The notes: generated by a model from the sequence alone, not told the origin. A stretch of 64,000 nucleotides of DNA from an uncultured Spirochaetota bacterium (GCA_963845535.1 CAWJSK010000012.1:832001-896000), one strand, 5' to 3'. Numbered from the stretch's first letter, positions 9,728 through 20,084 are shown. Program-made: numbers and translations.

Positions 9728-11563
9728 TCAACTCTCAGGTGTTTCGACGTAGTTCCTCAGGTGCACCATGACCGGCTCATCGCCGTAGTAGCCGTAAAGG
9801 CTCTTCATGGTCCTGCCTTTCAGCTCGCACAGGCTCACGCTCCCGTGCACCTGCACTCCCTTACCGGTCCTTGGGCTCTGGCCCTCTGGGCCGTAGAAAT
9901 CCGGGAATCGCCCGTCGGGCCTCAGAAAAGTGATAAGGTCCCACGCTGCCTCCTCGGTGATGCCGGACGGGGCGGCGTCAATGGCGTCAAGGATCTCACG
10001 AGTCAGCTCATCGTATCGCCACTGAATCTCGTTCACCTCCCCGCCGGTGAGGAGAGCGGTCCATTCGTTCATGCTCGTAAGGCGGATCTCTGGTGAGATG
10101 GCGTGGTTGGTGGCGACGAGCACATCGGGCCTGCTCTCTCTCTGCGGAGCGAAATAGAACGGGCCAGGGCAGTTCTTCTCCCGCCACGTTCGATTGATGT
10201 ACCCGCGCTCGGCAAGGTCCACGCTGGCGAAGTCAGCGTTTTCGTGCAAGGACTTGACGTCCTTGTTCAACAACGACCACAGGGAACCGACCCGTCCTTT
10301 GGCCAGATCGATGATCGTCCCGACGAGGTCTCCGAGGAAATCGACAATCCGCACGAACCAATCCCCGTCGAATGCCCGCCACAAGCGTTCGTCCCACCGC
10401 GTGATGTACTCTTCAGGGAGGCGGTATCCGGTGCTCCGCGTGACCACTCCCTTGACGGGGCGAGGCGTCCCGTGCTTGCGGCGCATCCGCCGGATGAACC
10501 CAAGGGAAGGGAGGCGGCGCCGATAGTGCCAGGGGACCCACGTGAAATAGGGAAACCGTTCACCAGGGTTGAGCTTGCGGCCGGCTTCCACGATAAACCC
10601 CTTTCCCTCGGCGTCGGCAACCGGATACAGCCAGCTGACGCCGCGTTGCGCCTCGGTGATCCGCTCCACCGCCCGCGGGGCGCTGCCGCAGTACTGGATG
10701 CAGTCCCGCACCAGGGGAAGCGAGTTGAACCCCGGCCGCGAAGGGGAGCAGAACCTGCTGGGGAGCATGTTGACGCCCATGGCCACCCCGGCGGCGTTCA
10801 GCCCGGTAATGGAGCCAATGATCCCCGGAGCCGTCTGGCTGACAAACGCCTCGCGTTTCCTGCCCGCCCGAGCAGACGGCCTGTACACGATGAGACAGGC
10901 TGTCTCCTGGAACACGTTCGCGGTCGGGAACATGAAGTCCCGGCCGAACAGGCATGCGCCGCCCGCCGCGGCGCCGGTGAGGAAGAAGGCGTTGCACCCG
11001 ATCGGCGTGCGCAGCATCTGCGGCCTGACCCCTTTGCGGGCGAAAATCGACCCGGAATAGACGTGGGCCAGCACGGCGTCGATTCCGAAGTTGAGGGTGA
11101 TGAGTTGATCTCGGGTCGGCGGCGCGCCGCCTGCTTCCTGGCAACCCTCGATGATGCCCTGGATCTCCTCGAGGTATTCGGCGGGAATGTCAGGAAGAAG
11201 CTTTCGGGCAACCCCCTCCGCGGCATGGACCACGAGCCCCAGGAGGCTTGGAGAGATGCTGCGCTCAGGGCCGCCATGGCTTTCGAAAAAAGAAAAGATC
11301 ACATTCTGAAGGAACTCGTTCGTCATCCTCGAGATTTCCTCCCGGGCAAGAAGGCCGAGAAGGAATCCCATCTGATAGTTGTCTCCCTCGACATAATAGG
11401 CGCGCTTCGGCTGCCCGGAGGTTCCCGTGCGCGCATGCGTATGCTCGGCGCGCAGACCAAGGAAGCCGTCTTTTTCGACCACGCGCTTCACGGTGAAGCC
11501 GTCCATCGCAAAAGCGGCCCGTATCCTTTCCTGCTTCCCCGCCTGTGGCTCACCCTGCTGCAC
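9728..11563 (-). CDS. C45 family Ntn-hydrolase (acyl-CoA:6-APA acyltransferase-like)
   Basis: G|CNAF autocleavage site, GRDF, TGLNAAGV, ATNH motifs. Confidence 0.75.
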   Translation of the reverse strand: MQQGEPQAGKQERIRAAFAMDGFTVKRVVEKDGFLGLRAEHTHARTGTSGQPKRAYYVEGDNYQMGFLLGLLAREEISRMTNEFLQNVIFSFFESHGGPERSISPSLLGLVVHAAEGVARKLLPDIPAEYLEEIQGIIEGCQEAGGAPPTRDQLITLNFGIDAVLAHVYSGSIFARKGVRPQMLRTPIGCNAFFLTGAAAGGACLFGRDFMFPTANVFQETACLIVYRPSARAGRKREAFVSQTAPGIIGSITGLNAAGVAMGVNMLPSRFCSPSRPGFNSLPLVRDCIQYCGSAPRAVERITEAQRGVSWLYPVADAEGKGFIVEAGRKLNPGERFPYFTWVPWHYRRRLPSLGFIRRMRRKHGTPRPVKGVVTRSTGYRLPEEYITRWDERLWRAFDGDWFVRIVDFLGDLVGTIIDLAKGRVGSLWSLLNKDVKSLHENADFASVDLAERGYINRTWREKNCPGPFYFAPQRESRPDVLVATNHAISPEIRLTSMNEWTALLTGGEVNEIQWRYDELTREILDAIDAAPSGITEEAAWDLITFLRPDGRFPDFYGPEGQSPRTGKGVQVHGSVSLCELKGRTMKSLYGYYGDEPVMVHLRNYVETPES

Positions 11564-11648
11564 GCCGAGCCCCCTTTTTCAAGTGCATTCAAGAAAGTGT
11601 AGAATGCGCTGAGGCCGGCAGGCAAGTCAGGAAAGGCAGGATGATCAC

Positions 11649-12662
11649 ATGACGAAGTCTGGAACGAGGACCCGTCCCTACAAGGCGCTCGTCGTGAGCC
11701 AGCGGCCGGACGGCACCTTCGCCCGGGAAATCCTCACGCGGGACGCCTCCGAGCTTCCCCCGGGAGACCTCCTCATCCGCGTGTCCTGGAGCTCCCTCAA
11801 TTACAAGGACGCGCTTGCCGCCGTGGGACGGCGCGGCGTTGCAAAGGGATATCCGCTCACTCCGGGGGTCGACGCAGCGGGCGTGGTGGAGGAGAGCTCG
11901 TCCGGTAGTTGCGCGCCGGGAGATACCGTCATGGTCTGCGGCCGGGAGCTCGGCATAAGCGTGCCGGGCGGATTCGGCCAGTACATCAGGGTCCCGGCGG
12001 CGTGGGCCCTGAAACCGCCCGCTGGGATGACGCTCCGCGAATGCATGGTCATTGGGACCGCGGGCTTCACGGCAGCTCTTTCGGTCAAGGCGCTCCGGGA
12101 GCATGGCCTGTCTGGCGGAGAGGTGCTCGTCACCGGCGCCACCGGAGGAGTGGGAAGCTTTGCCGTTGCCATCCTTTCGAAGCTCGGCCACACGGTTGCC
12201 GCCGGCACCGGCAAGCCGGATCAGGAACGCTTCCTCGCCTCACTCGGCGCCAAAGAGATCATCCCGCGAGCTCAACTTGAGGACGACTCGGGCAAGGCTC
12301 TCCTCAGGGAAAGATGGGCAGGCGTTGTCGATACGGTGGGCGGACGCATCCTCTCCACGGCAATCAGGTCCACGGTGTACGGCGGCTCGGTGGCAGCGTG
12401 CGGGAATGCGGCTTCTCCTGACCTTCCCCTCACGGTTTTCCCGTTCATCCTTCGAGGCGTTCGGCTGCTCGGCATCGACTCCGCTCAATGCCCGGCGGCG
12501 GTGAGACAGGAGGTGTGGGAGAGACTGGCCGGCTCGTGGAAACCAGCGCATCTGGATGCCATGGCATCCGAATGCTCACTGGAGGAGCTGAACGCCAGGG
12601 TCGATCAGATCCTGCAAGGTCGAATCACGGGGCGGGTGGTCGTAAACCTCGAAGCGCGCTGA
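11649..12662 (+). CDS. Acryloyl-CoA reductase-like quinone oxidoreductase (YhdH/AcuI family)
   Basis: SSLNYKDALA, GTAGFTAAL, TGATGGVGS, PFILRGVRLLGIDS. Confidence 0.92.
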   Translation: MTKSGTRTRPYKALVVSQRPDGTFAREILTRDASELPPGDLLIRVSWSSLNYKDALAAVGRRGVAKGYPLTPGVDAAGVVEESSSGSCAPGDTVMVCGRELGISVPGGFGQYIRVPAAWALKPPAGMTLRECMVIGTAGFTAALSVKALREHGLSGGEVLVTGATGGVGSFAVAILSKLGHTVAAGTGKPDQERFLASLGAKEIIPRAQLEDDSGKALLRERWAGVVDTVGGRILSTAIRSTVYGGSVAACGNAASPDLPLTVFPFILRGVRLLGIDSAQCPAAVRQEVWERLAGSWKPAHLDAMASECSLEELNARVDQILQGRITGRVVVNLEAR

Positions 12663-12695
12663 GGTCTTTGGGGAGGCCGGCGTCTCCCTCCCTCC

Positions 12696-13109
12696 TCACC
12701 CTCGGCGTCTCTTTTGCGAGCCTCGGGCCATGGGCTTTGGTCGGCCCGCGGGGCTGTTCTGAGGCCGGCGCTTCTTTTCCGGAGCGGGGACCGCCCCTGA
12801 GGTCAACTCCTGCGCAGCGAGGTCAAGCACGGAGTTTTCGCTTCCGAGCTGGTTGGGAACGTATGCATCGGCCGCCCAGTCGTTATGCCATCCTCCGGAG
12901 TCGTCCCGGTAGCGGAACGTGTACGATTTCCCACCCTCGAGGGAAAGCGTCGCGCTCCAGGAGCCATCCGGGCCGCGCCTCATGGGGTTGGCTGTCTCGC
13001 TCCAACCGTTGAACTCTCCGCACAAGTGCAGCGTTTCCACTCCGGGCATGGGCGGCATCGAAAAGGTCACCTGGAATCTCTTTCCCCCCAACGGCTTTTT
13101 CTGGAGCAT
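12696..13109 (-). CDS. Isoamylase early-set domain (glycogen-binding) protein
   Basis: LCGEFNGW, YTFRY, WHNDWAADAYVPN..G.ENSV. Confidence 0.85.
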   Translation of the reverse strand: MLQKKPLGGKRFQVTFSMPPMPGVETLHLCGEFNGWSETANPMRRGPDGSWSATLSLEGGKSYTFRYRDDSGGWHNDWAADAYVPNQLGSENSVLDLAAQELTSGAVPAPEKKRRPQNSPAGRPKPMARGSQKRRRG

Positions 13110-13236
13110 GCGGACCTCCTGGGCCGGAGACAGTATACGGCATGACAGGGAAAGGCGAAAGAGCGCTCTCGGGTGCCTCCGAGGCGCGGCCAGGCGAACC
13201 GAAGCTTCGGTGGTCAGCCGTACCGCGCGCTCGGGC

Positions 13237-13996
13237 TCACTTGGCGGTGGAAAGGATGTGGCGGTCCTCGCTCAAGACGTCCATCAGCGTCTTCGTGTCG
13301 TCCGGACCCGGGAAATTGATGAGGGACGCATACCGCGCCTGCGGCATCGTCTCCCGCAACGGGGCGGCAACCTCGTTGTGCCAGTTGTCCACGATGTAGA
13401 TGACCTTCTCCGGGGAGAGCTTGGCGATCTGCGCCGCCTCCAGGGGAGCAGGCCCGAAGACGCCCTTGATCGTGAACCCCAACTCCGCCATGAGAGGCTG
13501 CTGGAAGACATGCACGACGATAGGCGCGCCGTAGAGCCCGTCATCCCGAAGCTCCTGCTTCCAGGAGGAGAGGAACGACTCGAGGTCCGCGATTGCCGCT
13601 CGCGCCTGGTCCTGGGTCCCCAGGACGTCGGCGATGGCGAGGATGGAGGCCCGCATCGTTTCAAGGGAGTAGTCGGCATCGATCCGCAGGACGCGGATCC
13701 GCCTGCTCCCCGCCGCCTCTGCCAGGCGTTTCGCCATGACCTCGAAGCCCGTCGTGACGATGAGCCCGGCACCCTTGAGCAGGGCGACATCGGACGGCTT
13801 CAGCTCGTATTCGGCGGGATGGCGAAGAGCCGAAGGCGCCAGGGTAACGACGTCTTTCGCCCCCGCGGCCACGGCAAAGGCGGCAGTCCAGGTGTTGGTG
13901 GCCACGACCCGGATAGTCAGCCGGCCGCCCCTGGGCCTGTCCCACCACGACGGGAAACAGGAAAAAAGCAACCATCACGACAACACGAGCCTTCAT
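13237..13996 (-). pseudogene. Metal ABC transporter substrate-binding protein (ZnuA/TroA-like), frameshifted near 13921
   Basis: Signal peptide MKARVVVMVAFFLFPVVVGQAQG (start 13996, overlapping the permease stop) is in a different frame from the body (VVATNTW...HPAEYELKPSD); removing one base joins them. Confidence 0.8.
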
Positions 13997-14811
13997 GATC
14001 TCCTCCGCGCGATCCGTCTGTAGACAAGGCCTGCGCCCAGGAGGCAGGCGGCAATGACCGTCACCGCTGAGCTTGCGGGAACGTCCAGGGCAAGAGACGA
14101 GAAAAAGCCGGCAATGCTGCAGAACGCGCCTACGGCGCACGCCTGGACAAAGAAGCCGCGGGCGCTGCGCGCGGTGAATGAAGCTACGATCGCCGGCAGG
14201 AGCAGGATTGAGTCAAGGAGCAGGGCCCCGATCAGCTTCATCAGCAGCGCCACGCTGACGCCGACGAAGAGCAGAATGGCCGTGCTGACCGCGGCCTCGT
14301 TCACGCCGGAGGCGAAAGCGATCTCCCGGTGGAAGAGCACCGCGCTGACACGGGGGAAAAGTGCCACCACAAAGACGGCGATTGCAAGCGCGTACGCCGC
14401 CGTGGCGGCGAGGTCCACCCGGGAAAGGGAGTAGACGCTTCCCCAGAGGATGCCGAAAGCGTCCTTCGAAGGGACACCGGCCTTGTAGATGACCGCGAAC
14501 GCCAGACCGATGGTGAGGACCATGAAGAACGTCGCCACGTAGCCGAGAGCCAGACCGGATTCCCGGGCAACGCGGGAAATGGCGGCAATTGCCGCAAGAT
14601 CAAGCACGAGGCCCGCAAAGAGCGGATCCACGTGGAGGGCGAGGCCGATGGCTGCTCCGAGGAGCGCCGCGTGCATCAGCGTGAAACGCAGGGTCACGAG
14701 GTTGAGCCGGAGGATGAACACTCCCGCCATCGGGAAAAAGCACCCCGCAATGACGAGCGCGAGGAACCCCCGCATGATGGGCGGGTAGGAGAATGCCTGC
14801 GCAATGTTCAC
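13993..14811 (-). CDS. Metal ABC transporter permease (ZnuB/MntB family)
   Basis: HAALLG, ILWGSV, KLIGALL motifs. Confidence 0.9.
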   Translation of the reverse strand: MNIAQAFSYPPIMRGFLALVIAGCFFPMAGVFILRLNLVTLRFTLMHAALLGAAIGLALHVDPLFAGLVLDLAAIAAISRVARESGLALGYVATFFMVLTIGLAFAVIYKAGVPSKDAFGILWGSVYSLSRVDLAATAAYALAIAVFVVALFPRVSAVLFHREIAFASGVNEAAVSTAILLFVGVSVALLMKLIGALLLDSILLLPAIVASFTARSARGFFVQACAVGAFCSIAGFFSSLALDVPASSAVTVIAACLLGAGLVYRRIARRRS

Positions 14812-14820
14812 GGCGTCCGC

Positions 14821-15483
14821 TCAGGCAAAAGCGCCCGCCTCCATTCGCTCGATCCTCCACATCGTTTCGGCAAGGACTTGCGAGTCATGAGACACGAGGA
14901 CGACCGTCAGTCCGCGCGTCTCGTTCAGGTCACGAAGGATATCCATCACCTCCCGGCGGGAACCGGGGTCCAGGAAAGACGTTGGCTCGTCGAGCAGAAG
15001 GACCGTGGGGTCCTGGCAGAGACACCGTGCGATGGAGAGCTTCTGTTTCTCACCGCCGGAGAGCCGCGCATACATCCTGCCCTGCAGATGGGCGCAGCCC
15101 ACGGCCGTCATTGCCTCCTGGGCCCGCTTCCTCTTTTCCCGTTTTGAGATGGGCAGGGCGCAGCCGCCGATTTCAACCACTTCACGGCCGGAGAAAGGAA
15201 AGTCAACGGAGACCGCCTCCTGGTTCACGTAGCCAACCCTCCGCCTGCGGCGGGACCATTCCCGGGTCCCTACCGCGGCTCCCAGCACGCTCAATGAGCC
15301 TTTGCTCCACCGCTGCAGCCCCAGGATCACCTTGAGGAGCGTGGTTTTGCCTGCTCCGTTCGGACCGGCCACAATGACCCGCTCCCCGCAGCGCACGGTG
15401 AAGGAAAGATCTCGAAGGATAGGGTGGCCCTCGATGGCCACGCTGATGTCTTCCGCGGTAATGCACGCGTCGGGCAGCGCCAT
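14821..15483 (-). CDS. Metal ABC transporter ATP-binding protein
   Basis: GPNGAGKT, LSGGEKQ, LLLDEP; start taken at MALPD (the longer ORF is a shadow extension). Confidence 0.92.
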   Translation of the reverse strand: MALPDACITAEDISVAIEGHPILRDLSFTVRCGERVIVAGPNGAGKTTLLKVILGLQRWSKGSLSVLGAAVGTREWSRRRRRVGYVNQEAVSVDFPFSGREVVEIGGCALPISKREKRKRAQEAMTAVGCAHLQGRMYARLSGGEKQKLSIARCLCQDPTVLLLDEPTSFLDPGSRREVMDILRDLNETRGLTVVLVSHDSQVLAETMWRIERMEAGAFA

Positions 15484-15639
15484 GATCCATGAGAGATACA
15501 TGGCACGGGCGGGAAAGTCAACCGAGCGGCCCTTCAATGCGACCCCCTGAGAGCCGAACGTCCCCAAGCGGCGGCAGGAACTGGACCTCGATTTGCCTGC
15601 GCTTTGAAGAGCGCATAGATTTTGGGTAAGAGGTAGCCG

Positions 15640-16602
15640 TTGAAAGCAATCGTCGTGCGGGAGTTCGGTGACCCCGATGTCATGAAGCTCGAGGAGACGC
15701 CCACACCGTCCCCCGGACCGGGTCAGATCCTCGTCCGTATCAAAGCCGCCGGGGTGAACCCCGCGGACACGTGCGCCAGGAGCGGCGGCGGTGCCGCAAA
15801 ACCCCCGCTCCCCTACACCCCGGGGACAGACGGCGCGGGAGTCGTGGAAGCGATTGGGCCCGAGGTCACTGGCATGAAACCTGGCGGGCGCGTGTACGTG
15901 GCCCGGTCCTTGAGCGGAACTTACGCGGAATACGCTCTTGCGCTCCTGTCCCAGGTGCAACCCCTTCCGGAGCAGATCTCCTTTTCCCAGGGGGCAGGGG
16001 TGTTCGTGCCGTACGCCACCGCCTGGCGCGCCCTTACGCATTTTGCGCGGGCGCGGCCCGGGGAGACGCTTCTTGTCCACGGGGCAAGCGGCGGCGTCGG
16101 GATCGCGGCCGTCCAAACGGCGCGGGCCATGGGGATGACAGTCATCGGCACGGCCGGCACCGACAAGGGACGCGATCTCGCGCTGCGTGAGGGCGCGCAC
16201 CACGTCCTCGACCATCGGGTGAAAGGCTATCAGGACGAGATCATTCGCCTCACGGCCGGCCGGGGCGTGGACGTGGTTCTGGAGATGCTCTCCAACGTGA
16301 ACCTGGGCGCTGACTTGAAGCTCCTGGCGCCTCGAGGGCGCGTGGTGGTGATCGGAAGCCGGGGTGAAGTGATGGTGAACCCGCGCGAGCTCATGGCCAG
16401 GGACGCGACGATCTATGGGATGATGCTCTGGAACATTTCCGATGAGGATGCCGTCAGCACGCACGCGGCCATCGCCGCCGGCCTTGAGAACGGCGCGCTG
16501 CGCCCCATTGTCGGCCTCGAGCTGAAGCTGGCAGAGGCCGCAAGCGCGCATCGGAAGATCATGGAGCCGGGCGCTTTCGGAAAGATCGTGCTTCTGCCGT
16601 AG
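15640..16602 (+). CDS. NADPH:quinone reductase (zeta-crystallin-like)
   Basis: AAGVNPAD, PYTPGTDGAG, HGASGGVG, GKIVL. Confidence 0.92.
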   Translation: MKAIVVREFGDPDVMKLEETPTPSPGPGQILVRIKAAGVNPADTCARSGGGAAKPPLPYTPGTDGAGVVEAIGPEVTGMKPGGRVYVARSLSGTYAEYALALLSQVQPLPEQISFSQGAGVFVPYATAWRALTHFARARPGETLLVHGASGGVGIAAVQTARAMGMTVIGTAGTDKGRDLALREGAHHVLDHRVKGYQDEIIRLTAGRGVDVVLEMLSNVNLGADLKLLAPRGRVVVIGSRGEVMVNPRELMARDATIYGMMLWNISDEDAVSTHAAIAAGLENGALRPIVGLELKLAEAASAHRKIMEPGAFGKIVLLP

Positions 16603-17611
16603 TGCGGCTGGGCTTCAGGCCGCGCGCCCGGTGCGCCGCGCCTCCCGCCCCCCCATACGCTCGGCGCGGCTCGACATCTCTGTCTCGGAGGTCTTTCTCC
16701 CAGAACAGAACGCCCGGCAGGGGGTTCTTGTAGTACGGAGGTATCTGCTCGAACCCCATGGACCGATAGAGGGTGACGGCGCCTTCGAGCCTCTGGAGGG
16801 TATCCAGCCGCATGGCCTTGTAGCCCAGCGCCCGCGCTTCCTCGATGACGCGCTCGGCAAGAAGGCGCCCTATGCCGAGGCCCCGGCATTGCGGCCTGAC
16901 GAAAAGGCGCTTCATCTCGCAGATCCCTGGTGAGAGCTTTCGCAGGGCAACGCATCCCGCGGGCTGGCTCTTGCCCTTGGCCGGCACATGGGCCACAAAG
17001 AGCGCTCCGGAAGGCGGGGCGTACTTGCCCGGCAATTCCGCAAGCTCCTGCTCGAATCCCTGGAACGAAAGGTCTTCCCCCAGGAAGTCGGCGTATTCTC
17101 GTATGAGCGTTCGGGCCGCGGCAACGTCGGCCGGGCTTTCCGCGCGTTCCGCCCGGGGCCGGCCTGCCGCCTGCTTTTCAAGCAGCTTCTGCGCCTCCCT
17201 GATGTGCGTCACGAGGGCGCCCGCTTCCTGCTCATTCATCCCCCGCAGCATGTCTTCGACCTCGGCATCCGAGTCCGCGTTGATCTTGGCAAACATGGCG
17301 CGTCCGGACTTGCTCAAGCTGAGGACCGAGACTCGGCCGTCATGCTCGTCCTGGCGGATCGAAATGAGTCCGCGCGCCTCGAGGCGCTTGACCACCCGGT
17401 TCAGGTATCCCATGTCCACGGTGAGGTCCCGTCCAAGCGCGCTCTGGGTATGCTCCCCGGCAAGGCCGATCTCGAAGATCACGCGGGCCTCGGTCAGCGT
17501 CAGGTCCGTATCGAAGCGGTAGCGGCCAAGGAGACCAAGGCGATTGGTATAGTAGCGGTTGAAGCGGCGCAATTGCTGGACCGCGCTTCCCCGTCCCGTT
17601 GCTGCGTTCAT
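16559..17611 (-). CDS. MarR HTH-GNAT acetyltransferase fusion
   Basis: N-terminal RRFNRYYT/LTEARV/DGR MarR domain; C-terminal EMKRLFV..RGLGIG..LDT GNAT domain. Confidence 0.88.
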   Translation of the reverse strand: MNAATGRGSAVQQLRRFNRYYTNRLGLLGRYRFDTDLTLTEARVIFEIGLAGEHTQSALGRDLTVDMGYLNRVVKRLEARGLISIRQDEHDGRVSVLSLSKSGRAMFAKINADSDAEVEDMLRGMNEQEAGALVTHIREAQKLLEKQAAGRPRAERAESPADVAAARTLIREYADFLGEDLSFQGFEQELAELPGKYAPPSGALFVAHVPAKGKSQPAGCVALRKLSPGICEMKRLFVRPQCRGLGIGRLLAERVIEEARALGYKAMRLDTLQRLEGAVTLYRSMGFEQIPPYYKNPLPGVLFWEKDLRDRDVEPRRAYGGAGGAAHRARGLKPSRTTAEARSFRKRPAP

Positions 17612-17629
17612 GAAGGAAATGTGCCCAAA

Positions 17630-17651
17630 ATACTTGCCTTAGTCAAGCAAT
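17630..17651. promoter_or_regulatory. Imperfect palindrome, candidate MarR operator
   Basis: ATACTTGCCT-T-AGTCAAGCAA, about 20 nt upstream of the MarR-GNAT start. Confidence 0.4.
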
Positions 17652-17664
17652 AACGTGCCCCTCT

Positions 17665-18486
17665 CTACCCTTTCACAGCGCCCGCGGCGATCCCCCTGAT
17701 GATGAACTTCTGCAGGGCAAGATAAAGGACGATGATGGGAGCCGCGGAAAGTATCAAGCTGGCTGCTGCCGGGCCGTATTCCCGCAGGAACATCCCGTAG
17801 AAGTGCATCTGCTCCAACTGGAGGGTCCCTTTCTTCACGACCACCAGGGGCAACAGGAAGTCATTCCACAGCCAGAGCGCGTCGAGGATGAGGATGGTGG
17901 CGGTGATGGGCCGAAGCAAAGGGAAGACGACGCGGAAGAAGACGAAAACCTGCCCTCCGCCGTCAATGGCGGCGGCCTCCTCCAGCTCGCGGGGAACGCC
18001 CTTCACGAACCCATGGTACATGAACACAGCCAGCGGGCAGCCCAACCCCCAGTACATCGGGATGATCCCCCAGATCGTGGAGAGCTTGAGGTCGGTGGCA
18101 AGGGATACGATGGGGACCATCACGATCTGGAACGGGATGACAAGAGCGAAGGCGAAAAGCAGGTACAGGAGCCAGGAGAGGCGGTTGACGGTCCGGGCGA
18201 GCTTCCAGGCGGCCATGGAGCTGACGAGGAGAATCCCCGCGACTCCGAAGACCGTGATGATGGCCGTGTTGAGGAGCGTGGAGGCGAAGTGCATCTCGGT
18301 CCAGGCCTTGGAGAAGTTGGCGAGCGTCACCGAGCTGGGCAGGCTGATCGGATGAAGCTTGATCTCCGCCTCCGGCTTTATGGCGTTGTTGAGAACGAAA
18401 AGGGCCGGGTAGATGTAGATGATCGCGAGCAGGATCATGAGGACCTCGAAGACCCAGCGCAGGCGGGAACGGCCGGTCACCATCAC
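17665..18486 (-). CDS. Carbohydrate ABC transporter permease (MalG/MsmG-like)
   Basis: ELEEAAAIDG EAA loop, WNDFLLPL, GAVKG C-terminus. Confidence 0.93.
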   Translation of the reverse strand: MMVTGRSRLRWVFEVLMILLAIIYIYPALFVLNNAIKPEAEIKLHPISLPSSVTLANFSKAWTEMHFASTLLNTAIITVFGVAGILLVSSMAAWKLARTVNRLSWLLYLLFAFALVIPFQIVMVPIVSLATDLKLSTIWGIIPMYWGLGCPLAVFMYHGFVKGVPRELEEAAAIDGGGQVFVFFRVVFPLLRPITATILILDALWLWNDFLLPLVVVKKGTLQLEQMHFYGMFLREYGPAAASLILSAAPIIVLYLALQKFIIRGIAAGAVKG

Positions 18487-20006
18487 ATCTGCACCTCCCT
18501 TCGTTTCGTGATCGAAAGCTGCGCCCCGGTAATCATCGCTATCGCAATGAACAGCAGGATGGCCTTCGCCGTGGCCAGGCCGGCGAGCTTTTTGGCAAAC
18601 GCGTCGAAGAAGATGTCCATCACGAACGGGACCGTCCCCAAGGCATAGCCCGACGGTCCAACCATCGCGTACATCAAGTCGAAGCTCTTCAGGGAATTGG
18701 AGATGCTCAGGAACAGGCAGATGGTGAAGGCCGGCACGAGGAGCGGCAGCGTGATGTGGCGCAGCCTTCCGGCAAAGCCTGTCCCGTCGATGCTCGCCGC
18801 CTCCAGCACGTCGGCCGGGATGTTGGAAAGGCCCGCAAGATAGATGACCATCAGGTAGCCCGCCTGCTGCCAGACCTGGACCATGACGATGAGCCAGGGG
18901 GATTTGTCAGGGTCCCCCATCCATTTGTCTATTCCGGTCAGGGCCGGAAGCAGGTTGTAGAAAACGAAAGACCAGACGAGGGCCACGACGATCATGGAGA
19001 GCACATTCGGAAGGAAAAACACGGAGCGGAGGAACTTCTGGCTTTTGATGCCGGTGTCCAGGGCAAGGGCAAGGAGGAATCCCAGCAGGTTGCTGAAGAG
19101 GACGTTGAATATCGTGAAGAAGATCGTGAATCCAATCACGCCCATCTCGAAGCGCTTCTGGACCCACGTCTCGGCCAGGAGCTTTTTCAAGGACCCCAGC
19201 CGGAAGATCTGTTGGGCCGCGTCCCTCACTTCGGCCGCCGCCGCGGCGGAGAGAGGGCTCGAGCTCACAAAGGCGTTGACGGCGGAATCAAGCCCTGCCT
19301 GGTCCCCTTTCAGTCCCGCAGTCTTCACCGCGGAGAGAAGGTCATCGACTTTTTGCGACGCGATGGTCTTCAGCTTGTCCACTTCGGGAAGCAGCCAGAC
19401 CCTGTCCTCCAGCGTGAACTCGTCGAACTTCGGCCTCAACCGGTAGGCGTCGTTCTGGAGCGCATAAAACCTGAGGGCAAGGTCCCGGTCCTGCGCATTC
19501 GAGAGCCGCGCCAGGAAGCCCTTCTCAAAATCTCCCCGGGGTATGGTCTGCGGCAGGTCCGAGTCCGCGTTGTAGTTGACTTGCGTCATGACGTGCGGAT
19601 AGAACCGCTCCTCCACCCCGCCGGTAAAGATACGCACGTAGTTCGCAAAGCCTACGGTACGGTAGCCTTCCGGCTGGTAGCCGGCAATCCTCAAGAGGCG
19701 CTGAAGCCGGTAGCGGATCAGGCCCGTTGCCGCGTATCTTTTGTATTGGTTGTCCGCTTGATCAAAGTGGTAGACGGAAAGGAGAAACGTTCGGTCCGCC
19801 GGACGCGGCAACCGGTCCAGGATCTTGGATTCGAAATCCTCTTTCGCCAGGACGATGGGTATGCGGGGAGTCAGCCCGTCCCAGTTGGTGAAGGAGATGC
19901 GGATGCCCTGGGCAAAAGGGTAGAGGAAGAACAGCCCGTACAGGGCGAGCGCCGGCAGCACGAACAGCGCAAAGAAAGAAACGCTCTTCCATCGGGGCTG
20001 GACCAT
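18483..20006 (-). CDS. Carbohydrate ABC transporter permease (MalF/MsmF-like) with large periplasmic insertion
   Basis: SFTNWDG, EAASIDG, LKSFD; about 240 extra aa after the first TM helix. Confidence 0.9.
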   Translation of the reverse strand: MVQPRWKSVSFFALFVLPALALYGLFFLYPFAQGIRISFTNWDGLTPRIPIVLAKEDFESKILDRLPRPADRTFLLSVYHFDQADNQYKRYAATGLIRYRLQRLLRIAGYQPEGYRTVGFANYVRIFTGGVEERFYPHVMTQVNYNADSDLPQTIPRGDFEKGFLARLSNAQDRDLALRFYALQNDAYRLRPKFDEFTLEDRVWLLPEVDKLKTIASQKVDDLLSAVKTAGLKGDQAGLDSAVNAFVSSSPLSAAAAAEVRDAAQQIFRLGSLKKLLAETWVQKRFEMGVIGFTIFFTIFNVLFSNLLGFLLALALDTGIKSQKFLRSVFFLPNVLSMIVVALVWSFVFYNLLPALTGIDKWMGDPDKSPWLIVMVQVWQQAGYLMVIYLAGLSNIPADVLEAASIDGTGFAGRLRHITLPLLVPAFTICLFLSISNSLKSFDLMYAMVGPSGYALGTVPFVMDIFFDAFAKKLAGLATAKAILLFIAIAMITGAQLSITKRREVQM

Positions 20007-20084
20007 ATGGGCCCTCCAAGGAGCCGGGGAGGCCTTGGCCTCCCCGGTCAGGATGCGCGCGAATGGTTGCGCGGAACGCGAAAG

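Noticed and set aside
13141..13236. GC-rich intergenic stems (also 16602-16680 and 24081-24135) as riboswitch or REP elements
   Set aside because: They lie downstream of or between genes, share no clear sequence with each other, and match no RNA family I can recognise
15484..16551. Apparent 576-aa ABC ATPase with a long N-terminal extension
   Set aside because: The extension is antisense to the quinone reductase; the real start is MALPD at 15483
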